A stretch of DNA of 47,215 nt from a bacterium (lineage in GTDB: Bacteria > Patescibacteriota > UBA1384 > 2-12-FULL-50-11). Position 1 is the stretch's first letter; each line of letters opens with the position of its first letter. Made by a program: the position numbers and the translations under genes. Below are positions 1-9,404 of this stretch, piece by piece. Where the stretch lies: contig JAJTYJ010000001.1 of the NCBI GenBank assembly GCA_021463485.1, positions 205,932 to 253,146 of the forward strand, written 5' to 3'. Under the pieces are notes generated by a model, which was not told the DNA's origin, made no database searches, and saw nothing but the letters and a program-made list of their open reading frames with translations.

Positions 1-3000
1 TAAACGTACAATCGAAAACGCTGCCGGACTACCGACGCTCTTTCTAGACACCCACTCACTCGAAGATATGAACAAGATCGAAACGGTTAAGGGCGTCTTC
101 AGCGCTCTCGAGAAAAAAGACGCAGCCTTCGGGGTAATAACTGGTACGATCGATAAAATCCAACGAAACGATACCGAGGGACTAATTTGGGCCGGCGTTA
201 ACGTTTTATCTGATGCTTTTCGCCTAACCGATCAACAGCGTCTAGCGTTAGAATCTGCAACTAGAGCCAGGGCTACGCCGCCTATCACCCTCGAAAACGC
301 CCCGATCGATCGAAGTGTCCCGATCGCCTCTTTGGCTAAAATTTTCGCTGAAGATAAAGCTAAACAGCAGGCGGCACTAACAGAGCTACGCGACTACGGT
401 TACAGCTTTCTTAGAGAAGCGGCTGTTAAAGGAATACCCGGTCAGTACCGAGCGATCGGCAACGGCGTAATACGTGACCTGCTAGCCGGCAAGGAGATAA
501 CTCTTGGATACTTGAAAGATAACATCGCCGCCAGCGTTATCGCCGAACAAACGGGGTTGGATTTCTCAAGTGCCCGCGATCTTACTCGAGGCAAGTTTAA
601 CTCAAAGTCGATCGGCGTTTTAACGAATTTTATTAATAAGGAGCTTGAACTCGACCCACAGAACCAGCTTTCGGCGCAAGATGTCCAAGCCGTTGTTAGG
701 GGCGATGGCTTAAGTGTCTTGCAAAAAGTCGGCGGCGCCCAAGCTGATAAGATTATCGGCTGGAATATAGGCACCGGTTACCAAGTGATTAAGGGTGAGA
801 AGAAGTTAGAAATCGCGCTGCAAGAGGTGTTTGGCAACTCGATCACAAGCCTACTTGGTTTAGACCGGGGCACAACTATACCGCTAACAGGAGATCTTCA
901 GGGAAATTACGGACAAGCTATTGTTGAGCAGCGCCTTGGGCTACCTACTGGTTACCTCAAAGATCGGCCAAACGCTGGCAGTTTTTCTGGTAACGATCTG
1001 GAGCGGTATTTTGGCAGCGATTACGAAGAATGGGAGTACACCGACTTAATTCTTGGTGTCCCGATCGGTACAACCGAGCAGTTCGTGAACGGCGCAATCG
1101 ACACTAAGAGCCTAATTAAAAAAGCCGGTAGTGAGAATCTTATTAATATCGGCGTTGACCAAATTTGGAACTATTTCGACCTTGACGAAGCACTTAGAAT
1201 CAAAACTCAGGAGGCGCAGTTCCTGCTCGATACGATCCGTAACTGGGAGAACGCCCCCCTGGAAGATAGGGCGAAAGCCTTAAATTTCAGCGTGACGCTC
1301 GTGGGACGGTTTCTTGATCGACAAGCTAATTTCACTAGAGATACGTTCCTAGCATTTGCGCTTGGCGATACACAAACCGGCACTAAGTTGTTGATCGCCG
1401 AAGGGATAAAGCAGCTCGCCGGCGCGCTCGGGCTTAAACTCGATGGCTTCGACGAAGATGCGCTAAAGACGCTAGCCAACCAGATCACGCGGGCGTTTAG
1501 CGGAGATTTAAGTGATTTTGAGAAACGAGGCTTGATCGCAAAGTTAGCAAAAGCGACCGGAATTCCAATAGAGTACGTCAACGACATTGAGAACTTTATC
1601 GACGGCGACTACCGTCAAGCTTTGGAGCACTGGTCTTCGGCGATGTGGAGTGAGTTCGCTAATAAATATCTACCAGAAGAAGGCAAACTCTCATACGAAG
1701 AGCTTCGAAACGCACTTGATTTTGCCGACAACGACGCGATTAACGCCGCAGCAGTTGCGCTCTTCAATGAGCAAACTGGGTCGAATATGGAAGTTAACGA
1801 GTTTATACAGCTTTCTGAATCGACCCGAAAACTCTACCAAGACAGTGCTCGAAAGGAGCTAACCCAAACCGCTCGTGACAACACAAAGTACAAGATCTCC
1901 GACGCTTTTCTCCGTCAAGCCGGCATACTTGTACCCCTAGACTTCTCGCGAGTCATGTTCAGCGGCTCAGACAAGGAACGGGCGGCAATGTTAACAAGCG
2001 CTGTCTTTGCCTACCTAGATCCAGAATTAGCGACGCTCGTGCCAGGCTATCAAACGGGCATGCTCGAGAAGCTGTATAAGGGCGAGTTAACTTCGCGTGA
2101 GGTTGACGGAATAGTCGGAGCCTTCATCAGCCGGCTCGATATCGGCCTCGGTCCGTTCACGAGCGACTTCGTAAAGACTTTCTACCAGTTTGTAAGAAAC
2201 AGTAACCGAGATAACTTCTTTACTGGCAGCGAGTATCAAGGGATGTGGAGTTATCTAGACTCATGGTTCTCTAACACCCTCGGGATCCAGGAACTGCCAA
2301 GCGGATTTGTTAAATCTATCTACTACGCCTCTCAAAACGGGTTTGATTTTAATAAGGGTCTGGTAATTGACGGTCGCGTCGTCGTCCCGTCTCTTACGGA
2401 CTTAGGAAGAGATTTTGTCATCGGGAAAGTCACGCAGTGGGCTGATAAAGCGCTTGGACTACCAGCTGGTTCGGTTTACCAGCTTTATCAAGCAGTTAAC
2501 GGTATTATTACCGCTTCAAGAGCGCTAACCGCCGCTCACGCCGCAGCTCAGGGTATTAACGTAACTGTCCAAGCACTTACCGGCTTAACTGGCACCGGCG
2601 ACGCCCTGGTTAATAGTGCTAGAACCAGCCTAGCAAAAGCGCAAGCAAACCTGACTGTTCTAGCAATCACCATCGCCCTCAACGCGTGTGAGGCTTGCCA
2701 GGCGTTCTTCGCCTCGATCGATCAGGCCATCCAAGCGCCACCCGGGTTCACTAACGCCGCCGTCGCCGGCGCAATCGCGATGGCAGCCGGACTCGGACCG
2801 GCTGGGTTAATTATCGCTGCGGCTATTTACCTATTTGGTACGTACCGTGTTGACTACCTTTGCCCGATTCCGCCACCAGATCGATTCGCCAACGCCCAGT
2901 TTGATCCAGATTACGATAAACTGGAGTACGCCTACGGCGACTACTACAACGACCCAAATAAACCAATTAAAGACACGCCGGCTGAGGGCGAGAACCCGTT

Positions 3001-3304
3001 CGATTGGGACGATGGAGTACCGTTTAAAGACGGGAATGACCCGAAGCTTTGGATGGCATGGTCGCGCTACTTCACTGGGAAACTTCTGGAAGCGACTATG
3101 GACTACGGCGCGTCGCAGCAAGGTGCAAATAAACCAGTACAGGTTATTACCTTCCGACAAGCTAACGCGGAGTACTTCTACCCACGTTCACCTGAGGTGT
3201 TTGGCCCAGGTGAAGCTAATAACCCACGCGTCGGCCTTGGCTTCACTCAGCGTTCAACAAAAACCACCGATTGGGTTCACGCCGCATTCGGGGGATTTTT
3301 CTAA
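1..3304 (+). CDS. Very large hypothetical protein, 5'-truncated by the window; carries recurring (D/E)xxLGLPxG motifs and a hydrophobic Ala/Gly-rich C-terminal segment
   Basis: The frame is open from position 2 (KRTIENAAGLPTLFLDTHSLED) into the ORF-track ATG at 68, so the gene probably starts upstream of the window. At least 1100 codons; stop TAA at 3302-3304 overlaps the next ATG. Confidence 0.85.
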   Translation, partial: KRTIENAAGLPTLFLDTHSLEDMNKIETVKGVFSALEKKDAAFGVITGTIDKIQRNDTEGLIWAGVNVLSDAFRLTDQQRLALESATRARATPPITLENAPIDRSVPIASLAKIFAEDKAKQQAALTELRDYGYSFLREAAVKGIPGQYRAIGNGVIRDLLAGKEITLGYLKDNIAASVIAEQTGLDFSSARDLTRGKFNSKSIGVLTNFINKELELDPQNQLSAQDVQAVVRGDGLSVLQKVGGAQADKIIGWNIGTGYQVIKGEKKLEIALQEVFGNSITSLLGLDRGTTIPLTGDLQGNYGQAIVEQRLGLPTGYLKDRPNAGSFSGNDLERYFGSDYEEWEYTDLILGVPIGTTEQFVNGAIDTKSLIKKAGSENLINIGVDQIWNYFDLDEALRIKTQEAQFLLDTIRNWENAPLEDRAKALNFSVTLVGRFLDRQANFTRDTFLAFALGDTQTGTKLLIAEGIKQLAGALGLKLDGFDEDALKTLANQITRAFSGDLSDFEKRGLIAKLAKATGIPIEYVNDIENFIDGDYRQALEHWSSAMWSEFANKYLPEEGKLSYEELRNALDFADNDAINAAAVALFNEQTGSNMEVNEFIQLSESTRKLYQDSARKELTQTARDNTKYKISDAFLRQAGILVPLDFSRVMFSGSDKERAAMLTSAVFAYLDPELATLVPGYQTGMLEKLYKGELTSREVDGIVGAFISRLDIGLGPFTSDFVKTFYQFVRNSNRDNFFTGSEYQGMWSYLDSWFSNTLGIQELPSGFVKSIYYASQNGFDFNKGLVIDGRVVVPSLTDLGRDFVIGKVTQWADKALGLPAGSVYQLYQAVNGIITASRALTAAHAAAQGINVTVQALTGLTGTGDALVNSARTSLAKAQANLTVLAITIALNACEACQAFFASIDQAIQAPPGFTNAAVAGAIAMAAGLGPAGLIIAAAIYLFGTYRVDYLCPIPPPDRFANAQFDPDYDKLEYAYGDYYNDPNKPIKDTPAEGENPFDWDDGVPFKDGNDPKLWMAWSRYFTGKLLEATMDYGASQQGANKPVQVITFRQANAEYFYPRSPEVFGPGEANNPRVGLGFTQRSTKTTDWVHAAFGGFF

Positions 3305-4569
3305 TGCAACGCCGGGGTAACGCCGTTGTTATTGTTATAGTAGCGCTTGCTGTAATTCTCTTAATCGTCGGTAGCATTATGCCGTTTATCCTCTTAGCAA
3401 CATTCCTGGGGCCAAAAATTGATAAACCAACTGGCTCATTCGGGGGTAACGGTTGCTTCCTAACCGATAGCGCTTTCAGCGACACCTCGATTAGCGCTAA
3501 CCCTAGCCAAGTAATCGCCACCTTAAAAAAAGATTCGTACAGATTAAGCCAGATTAACAAAATGCGTTCAGAAACGCCGGACGCAAAAGAGTTTGAGTAT
3601 TACATTAACAATATATTGGAGCGCGGTAAGAGTGAGGGGATTAACCCCGCTATCGTAATTGCTATTTGGTGGGGTGAGCAGGAGTTTAAGCACCCAGAAA
3701 AAGCCTTTGGCTATAAGCATTACGACAGTGGTGCTAGTTCCGATGTTTTGAGTGGTTCAACTGAAGAGCGCTGGCAGAAGCAGTTAGAAGGTGTTTACAA
3801 AACAGTCCGAAGGGCGATGCAAGGCGAAGATATGTACGCCAGCCCAGCTGGAACTAACATTAATACTCGATTATTTTACAATTATGCTACAGCCATGAAG
3901 ACCCAGTACGACGAGAGCGGCAAACGGTGGGAGGAGTCTTATAAACATCCTTCTTACGGTAACCCTTACTACAAGAGGCTAAATATTGTGAGGCTGTTGG
4001 CCGAAAATCAGGTACAGTGCGAGTCTTCTGGTGGTGCTGGTGTAGCTACGGGTAACTATGCCTGTATAGCGGAAGAATCAGCTGCCCGAAACGCTGGTCG
4101 CGGTGGTTGGGGTGATGTAGTGAGCAAACGTACCTATAAAACTGGTACCTACGCCGGTCATGAGGGTTACGACTTAATGGCTCCTGTTGGAACCAGGGTT
4201 TTCAGCGCCAGCGATGGAGAAGTTGTTAAGGTTTCAATCGACAACGACGGTGACGGGGAAAGCTCAACGTCAGTAACTGTGAAAGAAACGAATAATATCT
4301 TTTGGTACTACACCCACCTGCAACGGCCGTCAGTCAGAGAGGGACAACAGGTAAAGAAGGGCGATAAGTTGGCGGAAGTTGGTGTTTACATACGCAACTC
4401 GAACGGCGAGCAGGCACATCATCTTCATGTTGGTGTCTCAAAACGACTCGATAATAGGCCAACGCTCGGCGGTACGTATAATTGGGACGCGTGGTATTAC
4501 CCGTACGAATTCTTGCGCCATATTCCTTGCTTACAGCCGCCAGCCGCTACGGAGGTAAACTACCCATGA
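3304..4569 (+). CDS. Membrane-anchored M23 family metallopeptidase with an N-terminal lysozyme-like domain
   Basis: ATG at 3304 is coupled to the upstream stop (TAATG). N-terminal TM helix; M23 zinc motifs HEGYD, YYTHL and HLH; central GINPAIVIAIWWGEQ resembles a lysozyme-fold catalytic helix. Confidence 0.85.
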   Translation: MQRRGNAVVIVIVALAVILLIVGSIMPFILLATFLGPKIDKPTGSFGGNGCFLTDSAFSDTSISANPSQVIATLKKDSYRLSQINKMRSETPDAKEFEYYINNILERGKSEGINPAIVIAIWWGEQEFKHPEKAFGYKHYDSGASSDVLSGSTEERWQKQLEGVYKTVRRAMQGEDMYASPAGTNINTRLFYNYATAMKTQYDESGKRWEESYKHPSYGNPYYKRLNIVRLLAENQVQCESSGGAGVATGNYACIAEESAARNAGRGGWGDVVSKRTYKTGTYAGHEGYDLMAPVGTRVFSASDGEVVKVSIDNDGDGESSTSVTVKETNNIFWYYTHLQRPSVREGQQVKKGDKLAEVGVYIRNSNGEQAHHLHVGVSKRLDNRPTLGGTYNWDAWYYPYEFLRHIPCLQPPAATEVNYP

Positions 4570-5168
4570 TTAGTAAAAAAGTGATTATTGTCTTGGGTAT
4601 CGCGGCACTTGGGCTACTTGTTTGGCTTATTATTTGGTACAGCCGGACAGTACCGTTTAGTATTGGCGTAGACCCAAGTAGCCAAATAAAAACCGGTTTA
4701 GTAGCAACTACTAGCAAAGACTCTCATAAAAAGAGTCGCTCGTTACCGTATAGCACTAGGGTGAGACCGGGAAACTACTCAGTAACGGCTTGGGGCAACG
4801 GCTCAGCCCCTGTTTCGGTGAGCTACAGTGTTGAACGAGGGAAAGATAATAAGTTATTGCTCTACTTTCGTCCGGTCTCAGGAGACGATTTCATCAAACT
4901 CTATCAAGGAGACCCTTCTAAAAAGATTCCTTACTTAGAACTGTTTCCACATGAAACAATCGATTACTTAATATCAGCTACCCATAATAACGAGTCAATC
5001 ACAGCAATTACTGTTTCAGTGAAACATCGCTTCACCACCCCGAAAGACGGAAAAAGCTATATTGAAGAGCGCGATATAGTCGCGGCTGCCGCTAAGAGCT
5101 GGTTGAAGGAGCGAGGAATCCCGGGTTCCATACCAGTAACTATTATTGATTTCACGACGAATAATTAG
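4566..5168 (+). CDS. Hypothetical membrane-anchored protein with a possible PEGA/Ig-like domain
   Basis: ATGA overlap with the M23 gene stop; N-terminal TM (MISKKVIIVLGIAALGLLVWLIIW); VRPGNYSVTAW is PEGA-like. Confidence 0.7.
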   Translation: MISKKVIIVLGIAALGLLVWLIIWYSRTVPFSIGVDPSSQIKTGLVATTSKDSHKKSRSLPYSTRVRPGNYSVTAWGNGSAPVSVSYSVERGKDNKLLLYFRPVSGDDFIKLYQGDPSKKIPYLELFPHETIDYLISATHNNESITAITVSVKHRFTTPKDGKSYIEERDIVAAAAKSWLKERGIPGSIPVTIIDFTTNN

Positions 5169-5451
5169 ATCGTTTGAGTCGGAACTGTAATTTTGGACGT
5201 TCTGTCCGGTAGAGTTCGGGCGTAATGCGCTTAATTTGGGCGTATATAGCCCGCTGGTGAAGTTTTAGCGCCTGTAAATACACTGACGACGTTCCTTCTA
5301 TTACGAGCGTCTGGCTCTTAATTATCACCGTACACTCACCGGGGACGATTTTTTGAATCTGCTCTTGCAGCTTTTGAGCTAGATATATTTTTTGTAGGTA
5401 ATTCCTTTTGTAGTTGTTTCCTAAAAAATTACTTAGTCGTTCAAGCGTCAT
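5152..5451 (-). CDS. DciA/DUF721 family protein (putative replicative helicase loader)
   Basis: 99-aa ORF overlapping the recF stop, the usual position for DUF721; TLVIEGTSSVYLQALKLHQRAI matches the DUF721 pattern. Start placed at ATG 5451. Confidence 0.65.
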   Translation of the reverse strand: MTLERLSNFLGNNYKRNYLQKIYLAQKLQEQIQKIVPGECTVIIKSQTLVIEGTSSVYLQALKLHQRAIYAQIKRITPELYRTERPKLQFRLKRSNYSS

Positions 5452-6475
5452 TTTGTACTGTAATAACCTCAAAATTATTAAATTCTTTACTTTGTTCGAC
5501 ACTCGTAGCGACTACTTGGAAATCTCTGGAGAAATTATTAAGCACAAACTCAGTATTAGCCCGATCAAGTTCAGACAGAATATCATCTAACAAGATTACT
5601 GGTTTTATATTCGTATGCTCTTTTAAGAACTGTGCCTCGATCACTTTAATAGCCGCGATAATCGTTCTAGACTGTCCCCGAGAAGCGAATTTTCTCGCCG
5701 GACGATCTTGAAATACTATCTCGATTTCATCGCGATGTGCCCCAAACAGATTTTGCGCACTTTCAATTTCTTGAAAAATTAAGTCCTCGGTTTCTGTGAA
5801 GGCAGGTTTGCTAACTACCGTAACCACTAGATCTTCTCTGTAGAGAAGATCGGTACCCATTTTTTGTGAGATATACTCAGAGAATCTTTGTCTACCAGTG
5901 CGCACTATCGCGGTTTTTTCTCTTAATAACTCGCTCCATGGCTCGAGTTCATCTATCTTGGCTCGTTTTGTTTTAATTAAAAATAACAGCGCCGATCTTT
6001 CTTTTAAAACGCGTTGTAAATCGAGGTGAGCCTGTCTAAATTCTCGATCAACCTGCCAGAGAACGCTGTCAAAATATCTTCGACGCTCTGACGGCGCTCC
6101 TAAAATAATCTCGAGGTGTTCTGGAATAAACAATACCGACGGGAAGCGGCCGATATAATCGATGTATTGATCTTCTTTCTTATTAACTTGAAGTCTTCTT
6201 TCCTTAATCGGATTCTCTGTGAACTGGGTGCCGTAGAAGAAATCTAGCTCGGCGTCGTTCCAAGTAGCCGTCACTTGTAGATACGGTTGGTTAAAGCGGA
6301 TTACTTCGTCAAGCCGGTTCGAACGAAAGCTCTTCCCAACCGACAAAATCCTAATTGCTTCGATTAAGGTAGTTTTTCCTGATCCGTTACGCCCCGTAAT
6401 AATAACGAGTGGTTTAGTAGTAAAGGTGGCACTATCGTAACTTCGAAAATCTTTAACCGATAAGGTTGTGAGCAT
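5441..6475 (-). CDS. recF: DNA replication and repair protein RecF
   Basis: FRSY, Walker A GRNGSGKT, GAPSERRRYFD, GAHRDE, SRGQ and LLDDILSELD motifs; follows dnaN. Confidence 0.96.
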   Translation of the reverse strand: MLTTLSVKDFRSYDSATFTTKPLVIITGRNGSGKTTLIEAIRILSVGKSFRSNRLDEVIRFNQPYLQVTATWNDAELDFFYGTQFTENPIKERRLQVNKKEDQYIDYIGRFPSVLFIPEHLEIILGAPSERRRYFDSVLWQVDREFRQAHLDLQRVLKERSALLFLIKTKRAKIDELEPWSELLREKTAIVRTGRQRFSEYISQKMGTDLLYREDLVVTVVSKPAFTETEDLIFQEIESAQNLFGAHRDEIEIVFQDRPARKFASRGQSRTIIAAIKVIEAQFLKEHTNIKPVILLDDILSELDRANTEFVLNNFSRDFQVVATSVEQSKEFNNFEVITVQNDA

Positions 6476-7558
6476 CTATTCATTCCTAAGTGGCATTACA
6501 AGATATAAATACGACGGCTCATTAGGGATAGTAATAACAACTGGGCTCTTCTGATCAATTACTCCAAGGGTGATGTCTTGATTAATTACTTGGAGTGCGT
6601 CAATTAAATACTGCGCATTAACAGATAAAGAGAACTCATCCGTACTCTCAACTATTAATTCATTACTACTCTCACCCACCTGGGCTGAAACCGCGCTAAT
6701 AACTAATTTTCCTTTTTGAAGCCCAATTTTCGTACTATAAGCGGAGTCCCGAGAAAAAATACTAGCGAGCCGAAGATTTTGCAATAAAGCCGACGACCGA
6801 AGTTGGAGTTTAACGCGCTGATCCTTAGGTAGTATTCCTTTGTAATTTGGGAAAGCACCGTCTAAGAGACGTGTTGTTAATACAGTACTACCTGTTACTA
6901 ACCTGGCTTGGTTTTCTCCGATAATAAAAGTAACCTCGGCAGTGGAAGTAAGCTTAGCTAATTCAACCAACGCCCTTCTTGGAAAGATGTACTCCGATTC
7001 AACTTCTTGAGAGAGTGGTATCTCATGCATCGCTAATCGGTATCCATCTGTTGCAACAGCGGTAATTTTATTTTTAGATAATTGGAATAACACCCCCGTT
7101 AATATCGGTCGAGTATCGTCTTGGCTCGTGGCGAAAACGCAGCGCTCAATAACGTTTTTAAGTGAGCTTGCTGGTAGTTTAAAGGAAGTTTTTTCTGTAA
7201 ATACCGGCGGGGTTGGGTAGTCTTCGGCTGGGAATGATTTAATCCTCGCCTTGTGGTTGGCAGAGGAAATTATGAGAGTAGTATCTTCAAGTTCAAGAGT
7301 AATAGTAGTGTCGTTATTATTCTGAAGAAAATCTGTAATAATCTTACCCGGAACCGCGACCGCGCCTCCTTCTTGTATTTCGGATTGAATCTCCACTTCA
7401 AGTGCTTGCTCAAGATCTGTTGTTCGTAGGATGAGGCTGTTTTTCCCTGTTGTAATAAGGATCGCCTGTAGTACTGGAAGGGTTGAACGAGTACTCACTA
7501 AGCGACTTGTAGTATTAACTGCTTCCCTTAAAGTTTCTTTTTCACAAATACATTTCAT
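6476..7558 (-). CDS. dnaN: DNA polymerase III beta sliding clamp
   Basis: TLPVL, TDLE, RPILTGV, ATDGYRL, FPNY and LVMPLR motifs; position after dnaA. Confidence 0.98.
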   Translation of the reverse strand: MKCICEKETLREAVNTTSRLVSTRSTLPVLQAILITTGKNSLILRTTDLEQALEVEIQSEIQEGGAVAVPGKIITDFLQNNNDTTITLELEDTTLIISSANHKARIKSFPAEDYPTPPVFTEKTSFKLPASSLKNVIERCVFATSQDDTRPILTGVLFQLSKNKITAVATDGYRLAMHEIPLSQEVESEYIFPRRALVELAKLTSTAEVTFIIGENQARLVTGSTVLTTRLLDGAFPNYKGILPKDQRVKLQLRSSALLQNLRLASIFSRDSAYSTKIGLQKGKLVISAVSAQVGESSNELIVESTDEFSLSVNAQYLIDALQVINQDITLGVIDQKSPVVITIPNEPSYLYLVMPLRNE

Positions 7559-7797
7559 ATTAATTTCTTAGTGTGAGAGTTTATTTTTATTTCTTTAATT
7601 AAGTAGTTAAGAGACTAAGTAGTTGTTATAAGTGTTGTGGTTTTGTGGAGCTATTTGGTTGTCGAGCGTGGAAAACATTGGTGTTATTGTGGAAAAGTTG
7701 TGAAATGTCTGTGAATAGAAATCTAAACCAGTTATCTCAAGACAGTTATCCCATGTTTGTTTGGTTTCAGCAATATTTACTAACATCTTATCCACAA
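7559..7797. promoter_or_regulatory. Chromosomal replication origin oriC (dnaA-dnaN intergenic part)
   Basis: Perfect DnaA box TTATCCACA at 7788-7796; TGTGGAAAA 7688-7696; near matches at 7667-7675 and 7710-7718; tandem degenerate boxes 7636-7652; DnaA-trio-like run 7617-7631; AT-rich tract next to dnaN. Confidence 0.9.
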
Positions 7798-9156
7798 TTA
7801 TTCATATAGTAGGTTTAGTATATTTTTTATATCTTTTTCTACAGTAGGATCCTTCTTTTTTTGGTTCTCAATCTTTGTCACCCCATACATAATCGTTGTG
7901 TGATCCTTTCCTCCTAATATTTCTCCAATTTGTGGGAACGACTGTCGGAGTTTATCTCGTAAAAAATACATAATTAACTGTCTCGGGTAGACTAGCTCTT
8001 TAATTCTCTTACTACCAAGCAGATCGCTTTCCTCTAAACTGAAATACGTAGCCACGACTCGCAAAACCTTCTTACTTGAAATTACTCCACTAGGTTGTTG
8101 TAGTAAGTCTTTTAAAACACGTTGGGCAAACTCTCTTGTGATTTCCTCGCCCTCAACCAACGAAGCGGTATGAAGCTTAATTAACGACCCCTCGAGTTCG
8201 CGAACATTAGAAGTGATAGTGTTAGCGATATACTCTAATACTTCCTGAGGAATAGTAATACCCTTTTCTTCCGCTTTCGACTGCAAGATAGCAGTACGAG
8301 TTTCAAAGTTTGGCGACTGGATATCAGCAATCATTCCCCAACCGAATCTTGAGATTAGGCGGTCTTCTAGCTCAGTCATCTCTTTTGGTACGCGGTCGGA
8401 AGTTAGGACGATCTGACGATTAGCTTGGTGTAGGATGTTAAATGTGTGAAAAAACTCCTCTTGGGTCCCCTCTTTGTTGGCTAAAAACTGAATATCGTCG
8501 ATTAACAACACATCAGCGGTCCGGTACTTACGCTTAAATTCGGTGATGGTCTTTGTTTGTAGGGCGTTAATAAATTCTCCTGTGAATGTCTCACATGAAA
8601 TGTAGATAATTTTCTTTTTTGGGGAGCTCTCTAATACCCTATTGCCGATGGCATGCATAAGATGTGTCTTACCTAGTCCCACGCCGCCGTAGATAAACAG
8701 CGGGTTATACGCCTGACCGAGTTTCTCGGCTACAGCTTGGGAGGCAGCGAAGGCGAGGCGATTGTTATTGCCCACAATAAAATTCTCAAATGTATACCGA
8801 GAGTTAAAAGAAGGTATTTCCACGTTTCTTTTAGCTACGCCTTCAGTTTCAGATTGTTCTACCTCTAATTGATTTGAAAGCAGCGGTAATTCGGTATAGT
8901 CCTTTTTTGGCTCTGGTTCTACTAAAACTAATTCAATATTCTCGATCTCTGGGTGGTGTTGCTGTAGCGCCAAGAGAAGTTGCTTTGTTGCGTTCTTCTC
9001 GATCCAGCTTTTTGCATAATGATTTGGGATTGAGATACGCGCCAAGTTATTTTTTAGCTCAAGTAGGTCAGTTGGTTTGATCCAGGTAATAAAGTTCGGT
9101 CGGCTCGTGGTAGCCTCAAGGGTGTCTAAAACCTGTTTCCACAAAATACTCGACAT
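7798..9156 (-). CDS. dnaA: Chromosomal replication initiator DnaA
   Basis: YTFENFIVG, YNPLFIYGGVGLGKTHL, LLIDDIQF, QEEFFHTFN, NVRELEG and GGKDHTT motifs. Confidence 0.99.
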   Translation of the reverse strand: MSSILWKQVLDTLEATTSRPNFITWIKPTDLLELKNNLARISIPNHYAKSWIEKNATKQLLLALQQHHPEIENIELVLVEPEPKKDYTELPLLSNQLEVEQSETEGVAKRNVEIPSFNSRYTFENFIVGNNNRLAFAASQAVAEKLGQAYNPLFIYGGVGLGKTHLMHAIGNRVLESSPKKKIIYISCETFTGEFINALQTKTITEFKRKYRTADVLLIDDIQFLANKEGTQEEFFHTFNILHQANRQIVLTSDRVPKEMTELEDRLISRFGWGMIADIQSPNFETRTAILQSKAEEKGITIPQEVLEYIANTITSNVRELEGSLIKLHTASLVEGEEITREFAQRVLKDLLQQPSGVISSKKVLRVVATYFSLEESDLLGSKRIKELVYPRQLIMYFLRDKLRQSFPQIGEILGGKDHTTIMYGVTKIENQKKKDPTVEKDIKNILNLLYE

Positions 9157-9185
9157 CTGTGGGTAAAATACAGGAGTTTTCCACA
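9135..9185. promoter_or_regulatory. DnaA box cluster at the dnaA start (autoregulation, or second half of a bipartite oriC)
   Basis: GTTTCCACA 9135-9143, TGTGGGTAA 9158-9166, TTTTCCACA 9177-9185. Confidence 0.75.
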
Positions 9186-9215
9186 GGGGTCAATCAGAAG
9201 TACGGGAGTTAATCG

Positions 9216-9244
9216 TTGCTTTACCTCTCGAGAAATAGTACAAT
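9216..9244 (+). promoter_or_regulatory. Sigma-70 promoter for rpmH-rnpA-yidD-yidC
   Basis: TTGCTT (9216-9221), 17-bp spacer, TACAAT (9239-9244). Confidence 0.65.
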
Positions 9245-9274
9245 TACAGAACAATAATAATCGAATAAAATCAA

Positions 9275-9394
9275 ATGAAGCGGACATATCAAGGAAATAA
9301 GCGCAAACGCAATAAGGTTCACGGTTTTCGTGGTCGATCTGTTGTAGTACTCCAGCGCCGTCGCCGCAAAGGGCGCACTCGTCTAGCGGTTTGA
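9275..9394 (+). CDS. rpmH: 50S ribosomal protein L34 (39 aa; absent from the ORF track)
   Basis: Manual translation [39 protein letters not shown]; divergent from dnaA and upstream of rnpA. Confidence 0.95.
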   Translation: MKRTYQGNKRKRNKVHGFRGRSVVVLQRRRRKGRTRLAV

Positions 9395-9404
9395 TAGTGT
9401 CGCC

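Noticed and set aside
7607-7795. 62-aa ORF between dnaA and dnaN
   Set aside because: It lies on the DnaA-box-rich oriC and has no protein-like features.
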